64,000 nt of DNA from Phoronis australis (taxonomy: Eukaryota; Animalia; Phoronida). Under the pieces are notes generated by a model. The model ran no database searches. It was not told the origin of the DNA and saw only the letters and a list, made by a program, of their open reading frames with translations. Position 1 is the first letter of the stretch. Each line of letters opens with the position of its first letter. The stretch spans positions 120,021 to 184,020 of the forward strand of contig NMRA01000718.1 of the NCBI GenBank assembly GCA_002633005.1. Reading direction: 5' to 3'. Shown piece by piece: positions 62,800-64,000 of this stretch. Position numbers and translations under genes: made by a program.

Positions 62800-63181
62800 T
62801 CACAAAGCGTAAATTTTATGAATCCTAGCTTCCGATTTTACCCGTTTGGGAAACCGGCTTTCAACTGCCGTAGGCTACAATAAGAATCCCCTCCCCGTGA
62901 AATGATTTTTTCTAAGCGTTTATTAGAGCCAATACAGTATACAGCTTTCCACCAAGGCTAGATGATACTACGACACTATTCTTTGTTGCATTAGTAACTG
63001 GTCTTGGCTAATATTATCATTTTATGGCCTGGTCATCCATTCAGCCAAAAGTAGTTCCAGAGGTGGCTTATCAGCCAATTATTCACGCATGCTGACTCAC
63101 AATAGAAGCCTGATAAGAGTGAAGGTGGATAAATGCGGTGTTCCTACAGTTTCTTGTTTTAGTGGATGTGTTCACGACATG
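62800..63181 (+). mobile_element. Family A TIR element, copy 4 (3' part; the rest probably lies in the N gap), nested in a hAT element
   Basis: Matches about 22847-23226 and ends ...GTGTTCACGACATG. Confidence 0.85.
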
Positions 63182-63312
63182 ACACCACAATTTTTCATAT
63201 ACGAATTCTCGTATGCTAAAAAAGGTGTGTGTAAGCAGATGTTCCAACAAAAATTTTTGCTGGTGGCGCGACTCATACCCAGATGTGCACAATATGGTTT
63301 CACGAAACTGAT

Positions 63313-63370
63313 TAGGCAATGACCATCGCCTCTGTTGGTTCAGGCCAACAGAGGCGATGGTCATTGCCTA
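63313..63370. repeat. Perfect 26-bp-arm hairpin with 6-nt loop
   Basis: TAGGCAATGACCATCGCCTCTGTTGG-TTCAGG-CCAACAGAGGCGATGGTCATTGCCTA. Confidence 0.9.
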
Positions 63371-64000
63371 GAAACTTATGTGCCAAGTTCATGTGACGAA
63401 ATCGAGAACGGTTTTTAATTATCTTACGAAAAACTTCAGAGACATGTTAAGTGACTGAAACTTACGAGGATGCATGGAAATTTCACTATTTGGCTACAAA
63501 AACAAAAAAATATCTTACACGGGAGGGGAAAAACCCCCTCACGACCTCTCCCCGCTCGGCGCTACGTGCCTATGATTCGACCTTGGCGGGAATCCTAAAC
63601 CTCCCCTTGCTGAAAACGTAGATCCGCCACTGTTTCTTATCATATTATTTCAACCATATTCCTGCTTGAACCAACTTGAACAAAAGCACTTACCAATACT
63701 CAGCTCTGACTAACGGGCGCTTCAGTTTCCACCGACTTCAACATAAGCCAAAACAGGAATTTGTTCAGTGTGTTAGTAAGCCTATCTTCTAGTCGAGTGT
63801 TTACCAAATTCATCGGAATCTCTTTGACATATTTTGGGAACCATAAACGGTCTTACCGGTTAAACTTCACCTCTTTTTACCGCAACGAAGGAACAGATCG
63901 TCTGCCACCCTCTGCTCTAAGTTCATAACCTCGCTGGTTCCCTGCGTGCTTAGCCAGAGACCGTCTAGAGGGAGACGTTTCACCTAGCGAAATCCTATTG

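Larger units (their letters stand above)
60526..63632 (+). mobile_element. hAT element with transposase remnant, 5-bp TSD, spanning the assembly gap
   Basis: TIR CAGTGGCGGATCT...AGATCCGCCACTG. TTTCT at 60521-25 and 63633-37. Confidence 0.8.

Noticed and set aside
61763-62803. 346-aa ORF in the track
   Set aside because: Made of N bases from the assembly gap.

Overview
Animal genomic DNA (AT-rich, spliceosomal introns, probably a marine invertebrate; the species cannot be determined from the sequence). Almost the whole window is one minus-strand, 5'-incomplete PARP14-like macro-PARP gene. I traced 24 GT-AG coding exons from 59140 down to the stop at 2173, all phase-compatible (6533 nt, about 2177 codons). 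They encode at least 7 RRM-like repeats, a KH-repeat region, three macrodomains (macro1 of the MacroD/hydrolase type), KH-like segments, a WWE domain and an H-Y-I mono-ADP-ribosyltransferase domain. The introns are packed with mobile DNA: four copies of a 1.5-1.7 kb CATG-terminated TIR element (one inverted), Helentron-type (HINE-like) elements whose internal ~145-bp repeats each carry a CTCF-like motif, two Kolobok remnants, hAT-type elements with 5-bp TSDs, a Tc1/mariner-type element, a solo LTR, tRNA-derived fragments and several hairpins. There is a 990-N assembly gap at 61810-62799. All calls were made by eye without database searches.
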